From: a virus
IMG/VR virus record: IMGVR_UViG_3300034107_000725
Location: 129,991-193,990 of that record
Strand: one strand, 5' to 3'
DNA: 64,000 nt
In this document: positions 1 to 10,285 of the stretch, piece by piece
Position numbering within the stretch: the first letter of the stretch is position 1
How the letters are laid out: the number at the start of each line of letters is the position of its first letter
The notes under the pieces: model-generated
Told to the model about the DNA's origin: nothing
The model's database searches: none
The model's input: the letters and a program-made list of their open reading frames with translations, nothing else
Translations under genes and position numbers: made by a program

Positions 1-1
1 C

Positions 2-577
2 GTGCAATGCGGTTGGGATCAAGACGTGCCTACGATTCCAGAACCAGAGTATCAGGATAAAATTGCCTTCCTGCATTGCGTGTTAGGGCACAAAGTCTTC
101 AGCAAGAAGTACGCACTGTTTGGTAACAACCTAAAAGCCACATTCCGGACGCTGACGATTCGTGAAATCGACATGCTGTATCAGGAAACTTTTAAAGCCC
201 AGAAACTGGGTTTGATTCAAACTACCGCGGACTACTACGAATACTTAAACCGCCAAAGACTGTACTTGCAGTTGGTTGGTTTGGTGTCACAGCAGACTGC
301 CATGCATATCAGGTTGCCGGATGGTTTGGACCGCTCTACTCATCCCGATGCCGATCTCTACTGGGAAGACTTCTTGCGAAGCGAAAACGCGTACAAGGAA
401 GATGGCGGGTCTCTGCTGATGCAGATCCAAGACTACGTCATCGCAAAAGTCTTGCGTACAGAACATCTTCAGCGAGCCGTGACACACACCTGTAACAAGT
501 TCAATCGACTTGTTGCTAAGCTGGAATCATGTGTAGACGACCCAAATTTTTGGAACGAGACCGAGCCGCAGTCCTGA
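2..577 (+). CDS. Probable tail assembly chaperone (gpG-like), 5' end probably outside the window
   Basis: Two genes upstream of the tape measure gene. Ends just after an in-frame A-AAT-TTT slippery heptamer whose -1 frame is the next ORF, the classic G/GT arrangement. Confidence 0.6.
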   Translation: MQCGWDQDVPTIPEPEYQDKIAFLHCVLGHKVFSKKYALFGNNLKATFRTLTIREIDMLYQETFKAQKLGLIQTTADYYEYLNRQRLYLQLVGLVSQQTAMHIRLPDGLDRSTHPDADLYWEDFLRSENAYKEDGGSLLMQIQDYVIAKVLRTEHLQRAVTHTCNKFNRLVAKLESCVDDPNFWNETEPQS

Positions 578-1083
578 CACTGAGAGCGGCTGTGCAAGGA
601 GTGGTCGATTACCGCAAGGCCGACCCGCACAATCCGATCTGGTGGAAGCACTGGAGATACCTGGTTAAGGCTATGGACGAGAAAGCTCATGAAACGCTAC
701 TCCACCATGCCTTGGAATTCCAGCTGGCTTTGGTCTCCAATTCACGTATCTCATCTGATGATTTTACCAAAGTACAACGCGAGGCAAAGGAACTGTTCGG
801 CGACATCGAAGGCAGCTTGAGGCCTTGGCTTGGGCGAACCAAACAAGATCGCCAGACAAGGGATGTTGAAGATTTTCGAGCAATGTGGAAAGAAGCCGCT
901 GGATTTGATCTTGATGACGTCGAGGCACGGGAAGCCTGGGAAGATCAGGTCAGGGGCTTGGTAAACGACAGTACGGTAAAACGCGAGGCTAGAGAACACG
1001 AAGAGCAGGAAAAGGAACGCAAGTTCGCGGCTACGATTGAAGCTATACGACAGAAACGACTCCGACAGCAAGGACGCAAGTAA
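529..1083 (+). CDS. Tail assembly chaperone gpT-like portion (probably made as a G-T fusion)
   Basis: Overlaps the upstream ORF in the -1 frame, has a weak RBS of its own, and its stop overlaps the tape measure start (TAATG). Helical, charged C-terminus. Confidence 0.55.
   Translation: MCRRPKFLERDRAAVLTLRAAVQGVVDYRKADPHNPIWWKHWRYLVKAMDEKAHETLLHHALEFQLALVSNSRISSDDFTKVQREAKELFGDIEGSLRPWLGRTKQDRQTRDVEDFRAMWKEAAGFDLDDVEAREAWEDQVRGLVNDSTVKREAREHEEQEKERKFAATIEAIRQKRLRQQGRK
544..550 (+). other. -1 programmed ribosomal frameshift slippery site (A AAT TTT)
   Basis: X XXY YYZ heptamer in the frame of ORF 2..577 (CCA AAT TTT TGG). The -1 frame reads KFLERDRAAVLTLRAA, which is ORF 529..1083. AGCCGC (564-569) / GCGGCT (586-591) stem downstream. 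Confidence 0.65.
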
Positions 1084-4000
1084 TGGAAATGGATCCGAAT
1101 CAGCTATACATGATGCAGGACTTGGCCCCGGAGCTGATACACGCAGTTCCTGGCATGCTTTCAGCAGGCAGCCGGGGCGGAGCTCAACGCTTGTCGGCTC
1201 TTTCGGATCCCTCCAATCCGACTTATGCTTCACCTATGGCAGGAACCCCTGTTCCAGATTTGTCGCCCATGGCTCCGCTTGGGTTGCAGAATTTTGGTAT
1301 TGGCGGGCAGCTTGCGGGCATGGCTGGCAACCTATATCTGGCACAGACAATGACCCAGTCAGGGTCACTTCCGACTGGAAATTCCGGTTCCTATATGCAG
1401 GCGTACAGGAACCGTAACCTTCAAAACCAACAAGCTCAGTTAGCGTCAAAAGTGGCGTCGCAGGATGCGGAAAGCTATTACCGCACGCTGCGTGGTGCTG
1501 CGGCTATGGTGGGGTTACCGTTCAACCAGGCACAACAACAAGCTGCTCGAGGTTTTGCTCAAACTATCGCCAATGCAGGCCCTACACTGGCCGCTGTCGC
1601 TCCTGAACTTATGGACGCCATGACAGGAGAGCGTGGCAGCGTTCAGGCAATGGCCTCACAGATGATGGACGCGAATCGCTACAAGCTAGACCCTGTCTCT
1701 GGAAAAATGGGTTATGCGGTTTCAGCCAATGCAGATCTGGTCAACAACGTGTTTCAAAACATGTTCACTGAAGACTCCACAGCTCAACGTCAGGGTATAC
1801 GTGCCGGAGATATCGGTCAGCTTTACAAAGGCTTAGCTGCGGAGGGTTTGGCAGGACCTCGTGGCAGTATGCGAGATCGTACGATTCAGGCATTACAAGA
1901 GGCTCGACAGGAAGGCGTAGACCTGCAAAAGGTTGGAGCTGCTCAGGGTATTGGTGTGGGAGCCAATATGAACCTGGAGTCTCTGTCTAACATGGATTTG
2001 ACTTCTTTACGCCAAGATAAAGGAGTACAGGCTCGCTTATCAAAATCAGACGCTAAGCAGGTTTCAGATCAGTTGAGTGGTTATGTCAGTTCACTTTCCG
2101 CAATGCGTGAAGTGTTTGGGGAGAATGGTGATCCCAATGCCCCTGTTCCTAAACTGATCAACGCGTTGAAGGGCTTAACCTCAGGTCAGATGCAGCGGTT
2201 TGACCCAGCACAACTTAACACAATGGTGAGGGACATGCAGGCATTGTCCCAGGTATCTGGTAAAAGCGTTGACCAGCTGTTGGCCATGACGGAAACAGCC
2301 AACGCACTTAATACTCGGATGCTACGTGGTAACGGTGTCAGCTTTAACCCTACGTCAACGAACGTGGGCGTAACTACCGGAATGGCGTTTGCCCAAGAAG
2401 GCGGGGCTACTGGCTTTGGTGCTCTAAACCGAGAGCAAGCCGAACAGTCGGCTATGGGGCTATTCAGCCGCGGGTTGGCTTCTGAGATGGGCAATGCGAT
2501 GGGAACTTTGACCCGCATTGAAAAGGCAGGGGGTTTTGCCGACAACCAGGCCGGACGTCAGATGAAGGCGGCCATGGACGCAGCAGATGCCGGAGCTAAA
2601 ACATACGCGTTTAAAGCCGATGACGGACAAACTATTACGCGAAATGTCCCAACACGTGAGATGGAATTCATGTCGATGGCTCGTAACGGAGCTGTCAGCG
2701 GTATGGATGCCTCTGGGTTTAGTATGATGCTAGGTGATCGAACTTCAAATCTGCGGGCTCTTTCTACCAACCCAGAACGACAACAGGCAGCTATGCGGCA
2801 GCAAGGTTTTGAGATTGACCGCGAGATTGCTCGCGTTGCAGGCAATCGCCTTGGATCAGATCAGGCTCTGATGTCGGGGATTGCGGATCCTCGACTGCGA
2901 GCAGAGGCAGGTATGGCGATGGGACAAGCTGCAACCAACGCCTTAACCAGCTTGGATATGACTCAGCTACAGAGCGACCCGGCCCGTAATCGGGCAATTG
3001 CAGATGCTTTGAAGGTTGAAGCATCCAACCAGGGTGTCGTGCTGGATGACAAAGCCGCACTGACGATGGCCGCTGGAGTTTTTGGGCAAGCGGAAACAAC
3101 AGTACGACGTTTTGGTTTTGATGCTTTTACGGCAAAACAACAGGTCTTAGGTCAAGGGGTTTCGGAAAGCCGAGACTCACAACAAGCTGTAGCTTCTGCT
3201 CGTGCAGGACTAAACCAAGCCATGTCTGGCCTTGGCCCTAAGGGCAGTCCGCTGGCTCGTGTGTTGTCTGCGTTACAGAAACAAGGCGACCGGGGTGCCG
3301 ATGCAAACATCAGTACGATGCTTGGGGATATATTTGCAGGCAGTGCAGACATGGACGCCACCACACTGAGTGGCCCTATCAAAGAAGTTCAGGCACGTAA
3401 GGTGGCTGTTGAAGAGCTGACTGGTCGCTTAAACGGAGCTACGCCGGAGCAACGTCAACAGTTGCAGGCTCAAATCAAAGATCAGGTTGGGATGTTAGAC
3501 AAAGCCGTACAGGCAACGCTCAAAGCAGCAGAGCCCATGGGGCTGGTCGGACAGGAAGGCACGTTTAACAAAGAAGATTTAATTCGAGGGCAGCAGGCAA
3601 CAAGAGAGATGGGACACATTAACAGAATGTCTCAGGTACAGACTTTGGCACTCTCTAGTACCGTTACGGATGTTGATCGCCAAGCCGCGAGTGCTACAAC
3701 ATTAAATCAACGAGACTTGCAGGCGGTAGCCTCAAGGCTGGCTCAGCTTAAAGGTGACCAGATTGACGCAACGTCGTTTGACAAATTGCTGAAAGAAAAT
3801 GAAGATGCCCAGGAACATTACGATCAACTGGTTAAAGAGGTAGGTGTAGTCCCAGCAGAAGCAGAGAAGATAGTGCGACAAAACCTACGCAACGAGATGG
3901 ATACACCGGATGCCGAGGATTTGAAAGAACTTTACGGTGACCAGATGACGTTAGGTAAGCTGGATACAGCGACACAGGACGCGGTCATCCGAGCTCGTCG

Positions 4001-6086
4001 CACTGCCCTTGCTAAGTTGCCTGATGATCAAGCTGTCCTGGCTCGCCGAGACCTGATGCGAGGTAACGCCAAGTTAACAGTTGATCAGGATCGCAACCTA
4101 CTCAAGCAGGCTGAAGACCAGCTCATCGCAGAAAACCAATTAAAGGCAGTTGGGCAGCTTAAAGACAATCAGACATTGATGGCAGGAAAAACCGAGCTAG
4201 ACGGCTATACGTTGGACTCAGCTTTAAAGACAGAGCTGGCCGCTGCTGATCCAAAAGACCGGGCTCAAGTTGTCAACAAGTATTTGGATTCCCAATTAAG
4301 TTACAGCGATAATGCCCGTAAGACTGCGGTAGCTTACAGTCACACGGCAGAGGGGCGGCAGGCTGCGGCAGATGTAGAGCAAAACGTCGGAGCTATCTCA
4401 GATCTTCGTCGCGAATTTATGCAGGATACTGGTGCGTTTGCTCGCGGTGGCCTTCGAGGTCAGTTGGCCGTAAAACAAAGTCAAGCTGCAGAAGACACAC
4501 TTCAAACTTTGGCCAACGATTACTTTGAAGGTGATCGCGGTCGGATGATAAACTCTGCCGGATTGGCTATGAGTGATCGCGGACGTACAAAGGCAACAGC
4601 TCAACTTGCGGCTATGCCTGCTGAAGAGAAGGCGGCTATAGCTGCTCGACTTGGTATTGAAGTTAAAGCTCTCGACGTAAATCAATTTCAACGGTTCATA
4701 GGGCTACAAGCCAAAGACGCTGTTGGCACAATGGCCGGAGCCATGGACGCATTTACCGGTGCCGCCGATAAGACCTATGCAGATTTGATCAAACCAACAG
4801 AAGCGACTACAGCACTGGCCACGCAATTGCTAGGAACCGAGGCTACCAAAGAGCAGGCTGCGGGGATGCAGGCGTTAAGTTCTGCAGCAGCTCTAAAAGG
4901 TACAGACGTAGCCGGAATCACTAAGGGGTTGGATCTGGCAAATATTACAAAGCAGATCGCAGCCGGAGAACAGATCGATACCCAAGGTATGAGTGCTGAA
5001 CAAAAATCTCTAGTTGAGATGGCCAGTGGCATGAAGAGCCTAAGCAAACTGGACGAAGAAAAGCTAAAGGCTTTAGCCAGCGTGGCTGAAATCGGCACGG
5101 TTGATGCCAAAGCCAAAGCAAAAGAGTTAGGGATGACTGAAGCGGAGTATATGAAGATCCGTCAAGGCGGTAAGGCTGACCGCAATGTTGTAATGGACAA
5201 GCCTGCCGTGGATGCCGCTCTCGCCGACGAGGCTCAGCTACAAACTTTAACACGAAGACTGAACCGAACTGGCATGAGCGAAGAAGCTCGGTCAAACTTC
5301 ACAAGGCAGTCCGATGAAATCAAAACCCGCCGAAACGAACGAATGGTTGAGGCCGGGCTTAAGCCTGGCGACGCAGAAGACGAGTTGAAGTACAAAGCTC
5401 AGCTGACTCACCAAGGTGATATCAAAAAGTTGATGACTGAAGGCGAGCGGTATAAGAAAGATTCCGAGCAGCTATCCGTTTCAATGGGTACGGCAGATTT
5501 TGAATCCGCCAAATCTGCTTTGGTTTCTGTCAATAAGCAAGCCAAAGAAGACGCCGCAAAGTTGGCTGCCCGAGATCTAGGCAGTGAGTCGCTGAATACG
5601 TTGGCAGATGCTTTTGGGCAGGAAGATCCCGAAAAACGAACAGCGTTCCGGCAAATGGTCGGGTCTCGTGGTACAAATACGGAACGCAACAACCTGCTTG
5701 TCTCGAATGTGCTGAAAGATCTGAAGCTCACTTCAGACAAAGATGGCACGGCAATCAACAAGCTGGATACATTGGTGGATAAATATAAGGCAGCCACGGA
5801 CACAGAAAAGACAGACATAGCCAAAACTATGGGCATATCGCCAGAAGCCTTGGCAAAGGGCATGCGAAGTACTGAGTTTCTGGAGATGGACAAGATTGCA
5901 GGAAAGTACACAGAAGCCAACTACGAGTCTGCCTTGAAGCGAAAAGCTGGAGTCGATGTGGCTAAAGAAGTAGAGCAGTCAGAGCCCCGTTCGATGCGAA
6001 TTGATGGCGGGGTGATTGAAATCAAAGGTGACATCACGGGTACCGGTACTCCGCATAATGTCATCGTCACTGGTGGCCAACGCTAA
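1083..6086 (+). CDS. Tail tape measure protein
   Basis: 1667 aa, Ala/Gln/Gly/Leu-rich and helical, almost no Trp/Cys. Lies between the chaperone pair and the baseplate genes. Confidence 0.85.
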   Translation: MEMDPNQLYMMQDLAPELIHAVPGMLSAGSRGGAQRLSALSDPSNPTYASPMAGTPVPDLSPMAPLGLQNFGIGGQLAGMAGNLYLAQTMTQSGSLPTGNSGSYMQAYRNRNLQNQQAQLASKVASQDAESYYRTLRGAAAMVGLPFNQAQQQAARGFAQTIANAGPTLAAVAPELMDAMTGERGSVQAMASQMMDANRYKLDPVSGKMGYAVSANADLVNNVFQNMFTEDSTAQRQGIRAGDIGQLYKGLAAEGLAGPRGSMRDRTIQALQEARQEGVDLQKVGAAQGIGVGANMNLESLSNMDLTSLRQDKGVQARLSKSDAKQVSDQLSGYVSSLSAMREVFGENGDPNAPVPKLINALKGLTSGQMQRFDPAQLNTMVRDMQALSQVSGKSVDQLLAMTETANALNTRMLRGNGVSFNPTSTNVGVTTGMAFAQEGGATGFGALNREQAEQSAMGLFSRGLASEMGNAMGTLTRIEKAGGFADNQAGRQMKAAMDAADAGAKTYAFKADDGQTITRNVPTREMEFMSMARNGAVSGMDASGFSMMLGDRTSNLRALSTNPERQQAAMRQQGFEIDREIARVAGNRLGSDQALMSGIADPRLRAEAGMAMGQAATNALTSLDMTQLQSDPARNRAIADALKVEASNQGVVLDDKAALTMAAGVFGQAETTVRRFGFDAFTAKQQVLGQGVSESRDSQQAVASARAGLNQAMSGLGPKGSPLARVLSALQKQGDRGADANISTMLGDIFAGSADMDATTLSGPIKEVQARKVAVEELTGRLNGATPEQRQQLQAQIKDQVGMLDKAVQATLKAAEPMGLVGQEGTFNKEDLIRGQQATREMGHINRMSQVQTLALSSTVTDVDRQAASATTLNQRDLQAVASRLAQLKGDQIDATSFDKLLKENEDAQEHYDQLVKEVGVVPAEAEKIVRQNLRNEMDTPDAEDLKELYGDQMTLGKLDTATQDAVIRARRTALAKLPDDQAVLARRDLMRGNAKLTVDQDRNLLKQAEDQLIAENQLKAVGQLKDNQTLMAGKTELDGYTLDSALKTELAAADPKDRAQVVNKYLDSQLSYSDNARKTAVAYSHTAEGRQAAADVEQNVGAISDLRREFMQDTGAFARGGLRGQLAVKQSQAAEDTLQTLANDYFEGDRGRMINSAGLAMSDRGRTKATAQLAAMPAEEKAAIAARLGIEVKALDVNQFQRFIGLQAKDAVGTMAGAMDAFTGAADKTYADLIKPTEATTALATQLLGTEATKEQAAGMQALSSAAALKGTDVAGITKGLDLANITKQIAAGEQIDTQGMSAEQKSLVEMASGMKSLSKLDEEKLKALASVAEIGTVDAKAKAKELGMTEAEYMKIRQGGKADRNVVMDKPAVDAALADEAQLQTLTRRLNRTGMSEEARSNFTRQSDEIKTRRNERMVEAGLKPGDAEDELKYKAQLTHQGDIKKLMTEGERYKKDSEQLSVSMGTADFESAKSALVSVNKQAKEDAAKLAARDLGSESLNTLADAFGQEDPEKRTAFRQMVGSRGTNTERNNLLVSNVLKDLKLTSDKDGTAINKLDTLVDKYKAATDTEKTDIAKTMGISPEALAKGMRSTEFLEMDKIAGKYTEANYESALKRKAGVDVAKEVEQSEPRSMRIDGGVIEIKGDITGTGTPHNVIVTGGQR

Positions 6087-6097
6087 AGGACTATTCT

Positions 6098-6580
6098 ATG
6101 CCAGTTGTCTTTTCCACAAATACCGGACGTGTCTTAGCTGTTACAGACGAGGTTGCTGCGGGAGCAATTTCACTCGTAGGTGTAACCGGCGATACACAAA
6201 TCAGTTTTAATACCCACCGAACTATCATCACACGATTGGGTGTTTCTGCTGCAGGCAATTACCAATTCCTGCACACCATCGGCAATGATGTTTACGTCTA
6301 TGTCTTTGGCGATCGCATGGGGCAAATTGTGGTCCACGGTATAAGTTTCGCACAGGACTGCAACGGTAGCACTGATCACGGGTTTGAAAGGCTGTTGGGT
6401 TGGTATGAGCAAAATCGAATCGCAGTGCGTAAAGCTCCAGTCACTGTGACCATCGGAAGCAATAAAGCGTTTAAGGGGTTTTTGACCGCGTTATCTGGCG
6501 ACGTTCAAGACGCCCTACATCGTACAATTCAGTTTCAGCTAACGATTTCACTGCTGCCAGATACCCTGGCAACGCCGTAA
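6098..6580 (+). CDS. Probable tail tube initiator / tube-like baseplate protein
   Basis: 160-aa beta-rich protein directly after the tape measure gene (YVYVFGDRMGQIVVHG; TIQFQLTISL). Assigned by position. Confidence 0.45.
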   Translation: MPVVFSTNTGRVLAVTDEVAAGAISLVGVTGDTQISFNTHRTIITRLGVSAAGNYQFLHTIGNDVYVYVFGDRMGQIVVHGISFAQDCNGSTDHGFERLLGWYEQNRIAVRKAPVTVTIGSNKAFKGFLTALSGDVQDALHRTIQFQLTISLLPDTLATP

Positions 6581-6589
6581 GGGAACCTC

Positions 6590-7390
6590 ATGTTCAATCA
6601 CGCTCGAACTCTGCTGATGAACTTATCCGGAAATACCGGAGATCTCTACATATCCGATTATCCTGGGGATGAGATGATCCCTGCGGGTTATCGGGCTGTG
6701 GCGTTGCCAACTTACTTGCAGGTTGTGCGTTCGCGATTGTTTGGCGTAACACCTGATCGAGCCATGCTGAATTACAGAGTAGCTCAACTTTTGCAGCTGA
6801 TTGAGGCAACGGAGCTTCAGTCCCATATCTTGGCCTTAGACTCCAGGATTACTTACAGTAGTTATCCCAGACAGCTGGCTTTAGATTCAACCTTCCAACC
6901 AACGGTTCGAAGGTTTGGCGGTTTACCTACTGACATCTTATCTGTGATAGGTAACGCAACTCGCCCAGACTTTAGCGGCAAGGCTTACTACAACTATCAA
7001 GTCACTGTGGTGGATGAGTCTACGCTTGGTGTTCAACGGCTGACCTTCCCGCTGGCGTATGCGGAATACGAACTTACCTACTCACAAGAGTTAAGCCCGC
7101 AGTATGCTTTGCCGTTCTCTGACTACAAAGTGCAGATCACTCGGCCTTCAACAAATTTGACATGGAATGTTCGCGGCTGCATGCGACCTCAGTTAAGTCT
7201 GGATGCGATTGACACCAACTTGCGGTCTATCGGTGAGCCTTACTTGCTTCAGCTTTTTGGAGCAGCTCCTGTTGAACCTTTTACCACTTTTCGTAACTGC
7301 TGGAAAAATCATCCAGAATTTGCGTATCGACTTGGCGGTATAGTACTAGCTCTGATCTACCGCACCGAGGAGATATACCGTGGCAAATAA
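6590..7390 (+). CDS. Hypothetical baseplate-region structural protein
   Basis: 266-aa ORF with RBS (AAGGGA), co-oriented and overlapping the hub gene. No recognisable motif. Confidence 0.6.
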   Translation: MFNHARTLLMNLSGNTGDLYISDYPGDEMIPAGYRAVALPTYLQVVRSRLFGVTPDRAMLNYRVAQLLQLIEATELQSHILALDSRITYSSYPRQLALDSTFQPTVRRFGGLPTDILSVIGNATRPDFSGKAYYNYQVTVVDESTLGVQRLTFPLAYAEYELTYSQELSPQYALPFSDYKVQITRPSTNLTWNVRGCMRPQLSLDAIDTNLRSIGEPYLLQLFGAAPVEPFTTFRNCWKNHPEFAYRLGGIVLALIYRTEEIYRGK

Positions 7391-9077
7391 ATCAAAAAAC
7401 TGGGCTCTTGTCGATTTCTCTGGGGCGTTGCAATCCGCTAAACTGCGGCTGTACGTCGCAGGTGTTGAGCTGCCAGTGGCTCAATTTTCCATGACCTACG
7501 GGTTGAATGCCATACCATCGGCTACGGCTTTGATTGCGTTGGGCCGAAATGCTCAAACGCTAGAAGAGTCAACGGTTTATCAGGTAATCGATAAGATTAA
7601 GCAGATGGCTAAAGTGCGTGTGATAATTGAAGGGCCTTTAGGTGACTGGTCTACGGCAGCCGGTACGCAATTCCCAAGTGGCTACTCTGTAATATTTGTG
7701 GGGTACGTTGCAGGAATCAGCTATCGCAGATCCGCGGGTCGCGTCAGCATGGTGTTAAACATGCTCAACCGGCTGATTGACATGGACATGTCCGCAGGCG
7801 GTAGTAAGGATGTCGTGCCTGGGGCTCCGCATGAACTGCTATTGCCAACGCTGGTACAAGGGGCAGGCAGTGAATCAGCCGGGGCTGCGGGTACTAAGTT
7901 TGTGTTAGGTCTTAACTCTGACTTAACAACTGACTTCAGCCAGGGCATTTTGAATACACTTCTCCATCTGGGCAAAAATAACCAGATACAGCTCCACGAG
8001 GGTGGTATCTGGTGTCAGGGTGGGGAACCAAAACAACTCCAGCTGCGAGAAGCAAACACCCGTGTGCTGGAGACCATTGAAGGCGTAGGTGACTGGGAAG
8101 GAATCGCAAACAGCTCCGCAGTTGTCGCAAATGTCATGTCCGCCACGTACCCTTTAAAAGTACATGCAGCGGGAATAGAAAAAGCGGCCTACACGATTGG
8201 CGAGATCGTTGCGTCTTCTCTGACCGGTACGAGTATGTGGAACATGCTGATCGGTTCACTTCTACCTGTTTTTGGTTGCGGCGTAGTACCAACAGCCACC
8301 GGAGCAATCATTGCTCCAATTTTAAACAATGCCCGTGAACACCAAGTCGCAATCCTCCCTGATGAGTATGCTGACTTTGATATGACGACGTTGTCAAAAC
8401 GTCCGTTATATGGTGTGGGGGTTTCAGGTAATTACCAGTTTGGCTCTATCGGGGTTGGTGAAAATAAGATGTGCGTGGGAGCAACTTTTGATGCTTTTGC
8501 GGAAGGCGATATATCTGGACCTGATGGTATGTGGTTGTTTGTACCTGCCCCTAGTTGGATGGATGATTGGGTCAATCTGGATCCGCAGGCTCTGAAGGGG
8601 GAAGCGGCTATTAATCAAATGTTAAATAAACCTTCCCACGACAGCGTGGGAGTTAACGCGACTGCAACTAGCCGAAATCCAGATTCAGAGGTGTCGGGTT
8701 GGAACGATGTCATGCAGAAGTATGCTCGACTGGTTTACGCTAATAACGCTTTACACGGTCGACAAGGTACACTGGTAGGTAAACTCAGATTCGATATTGC
8801 TCCCGGGACAACAGTCAAGGTTGGGGTCAAAGATGATCTGATGTCTGCGGGTGTGGATCAGTTAGCCTGTGACATGTTTGGATTTGTGGCAAGAGTAACA
8901 ATCACAATCAACGCAGAGCAAGCGGCAGCCGCTACTACTTTGGAACTCACCAACTTAAGGACTAGCTCTGAGAATCAAATGACTCGCTTCTCCATGACTA
9001 CGCACCCATTCTTTGACTCAAATTATTTCAAGTACGCTTCCATCGTTCCCGGACTTTCACTACCTCCGAGCAAATAA
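7380..9077 (+). CDS. Baseplate hub protein (gp27/gpD-like)
   Basis: 565 aa. N-terminal beta strands (LYVAGVELPV...SMTYGLNAIPSATA) and C-terminal GKLRFDIAPGTTVKV...FVARVTITI pattern typical of hub proteins. Position fits. Confidence 0.65.
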   Translation: MANKSKNWALVDFSGALQSAKLRLYVAGVELPVAQFSMTYGLNAIPSATALIALGRNAQTLEESTVYQVIDKIKQMAKVRVIIEGPLGDWSTAAGTQFPSGYSVIFVGYVAGISYRRSAGRVSMVLNMLNRLIDMDMSAGGSKDVVPGAPHELLLPTLVQGAGSESAGAAGTKFVLGLNSDLTTDFSQGILNTLLHLGKNNQIQLHEGGIWCQGGEPKQLQLREANTRVLETIEGVGDWEGIANSSAVVANVMSATYPLKVHAAGIEKAAYTIGEIVASSLTGTSMWNMLIGSLLPVFGCGVVPTATGAIIAPILNNAREHQVAILPDEYADFDMTTLSKRPLYGVGVSGNYQFGSIGVGENKMCVGATFDAFAEGDISGPDGMWLFVPAPSWMDDWVNLDPQALKGEAAINQMLNKPSHDSVGVNATATSRNPDSEVSGWNDVMQKYARLVYANNALHGRQGTLVGKLRFDIAPGTTVKVGVKDDLMSAGVDQLACDMFGFVARVTITINAEQAAAATTLELTNLRTSSENQMTRFSMTTHPFFDSNYFKYASIVPGLSLPPSK

Positions 9078-9079
9078 AC

Positions 9080-9814
9080 ATGAACAGCTATCTTGAAGAA
9101 GAGTATAAGCCCGCATACGACGCCTGGAAGCTAGACCAGACACCACCCGGCAACGCTGCCTTCCTGGAAGCGATTCATCCAATCGTGCAGAAGGGTGTGC
9201 AGATGTACGGAGGCGACAGTCCGTTATCCGCAAGTCGCGGACGTTTGATGGCTTTGGATGCTGTACGGAAGTACGATCCCTCCCGTTCGCGTTTGCAGTC
9301 TCACCTGCTAAACCAGATGCAAGGCTTACGCCGAGTCACGCAGCAGCAAAGTCAGGTTATGCGGGTACCCGAGCGAGTGCTATTGGAAAACCAGCAACTG
9401 CATAGGCAAACGCAGGAACTTATGGATGACCTGGGTCGTGAACCTACGGATGCCGAGTTGGCTGACCGTATGGGCCTCTCCATGCCTCGCCTGACGCGTA
9501 TTCGTAAATTCCAGCCCGGTATGAGCTCTGGACAAATTGAAGAACAAAATCCAATGGCAGGTGGCGGTGCCGGGCAAATTCCTGGGCAAAGGGACGCCGC
9601 AGATCTGTGGGCTGAGGTTGTGTATCAGGATCTAAGCCCGATGGATCAAGCCATCATGGAACGTACACTAGGCATGCGTGGCCATAAAAAAATGTCCAAT
9701 CAAGATTTGGCTCGGCATTTGAGTCGCAGCCCTGGAGCAATCACTCAGCGTAAGATGAAAATCCAGCAGTTACTGGATCAGGAACGTGAGCTTTCCCCTT
9801 TTATTGCGGAGTAA
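9080..9814 (+). CDS. RNA polymerase sigma factor, sigma-70 family (FliA/SigF/SigB-like group)
   Basis: Region 2 (AVRKYDPSRSRLQSHL...RVPE), region 3 (ELMDDLGREPTDAELADRMGLS) and region 4 HTH (LSPMDQAIMERTLG...SNQDLARHLSRSPGAITQRKMKI). Confidence 0.88.
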   Translation: MNSYLEEEYKPAYDAWKLDQTPPGNAAFLEAIHPIVQKGVQMYGGDSPLSASRGRLMALDAVRKYDPSRSRLQSHLLNQMQGLRRVTQQQSQVMRVPERVLLENQQLHRQTQELMDDLGREPTDAELADRMGLSMPRLTRIRKFQPGMSSGQIEEQNPMAGGGAGQIPGQRDAADLWAEVVYQDLSPMDQAIMERTLGMRGHKKMSNQDLARHLSRSPGAITQRKMKIQQLLDQERELSPFIAE

Positions 9815-9817
9815 CCT

Positions 9818-10285
9818 ATGGCACAGAAGGGGCTAGTCGATCCTCACTTGGAAATTATGCTTCAGCATTTTACCAAGTCTAAGAAGGAATCGTATTCCAA
9901 GCGGACAACCAACGATGCAGTGCCCTGGTTTCGCCCACCCCTTGAAGGTTGGGACGGTGATCTGCAAACCGAAGAAGGTTTGATCACGATCCATGATGCC
10001 TTCAACACGGACAAAGCCGAAGCAGCTTTGATTGAAGCCTATCAGCCAGGCTCTCCGGGCAACACTTCAGATGGTGTCGTACTCAGCTTGCAGATCGATT
10101 ACGCGGCTCAGGCTGAGCGAGCTTTTCGAGCCCGTACAACTCAAACCTTTCCAAGGGCGTTGGCTCACTTGTCTACAAGAGAAAAAGGCCACGGCCAAGA
10201 CACAGGTGCGTTTACCGGGCAGGCGTTGAACTACTTCACCGCAATCATTAAACAAGGATCTGAAGGCAAGGGGGGAGCGATATGA
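9818..10285 (+). CDS. Hypothetical protein
   Basis: 155-aa ORF tightly packed between the sigma gene and the gp25-like gene, ATGA overlap downstream. Confidence 0.6.
   Translation: MAQKGLVDPHLEIMLQHFTKSKKESYSKRTTNDAVPWFRPPLEGWDGDLQTEEGLITIHDAFNTDKAEAALIEAYQPGSPGNTSDGVVLSLQIDYAAQAERAFRARTTQTFPRALAHLSTREKGHGQDTGAFTGQALNYFTAIIKQGSEGKGGAI

Noticed and set aside
1037-1417. Alternative-frame + ORF over the chaperone/tape measure junction
   Set aside because: Fully overlaps better-supported genes; no recognisable features.
2186-5920. Several 95-170-aa minus-strand ORFs inside the tape measure gene
   Set aside because: Antisense shadows of a long Ala-rich ORF; no RBS or motifs.
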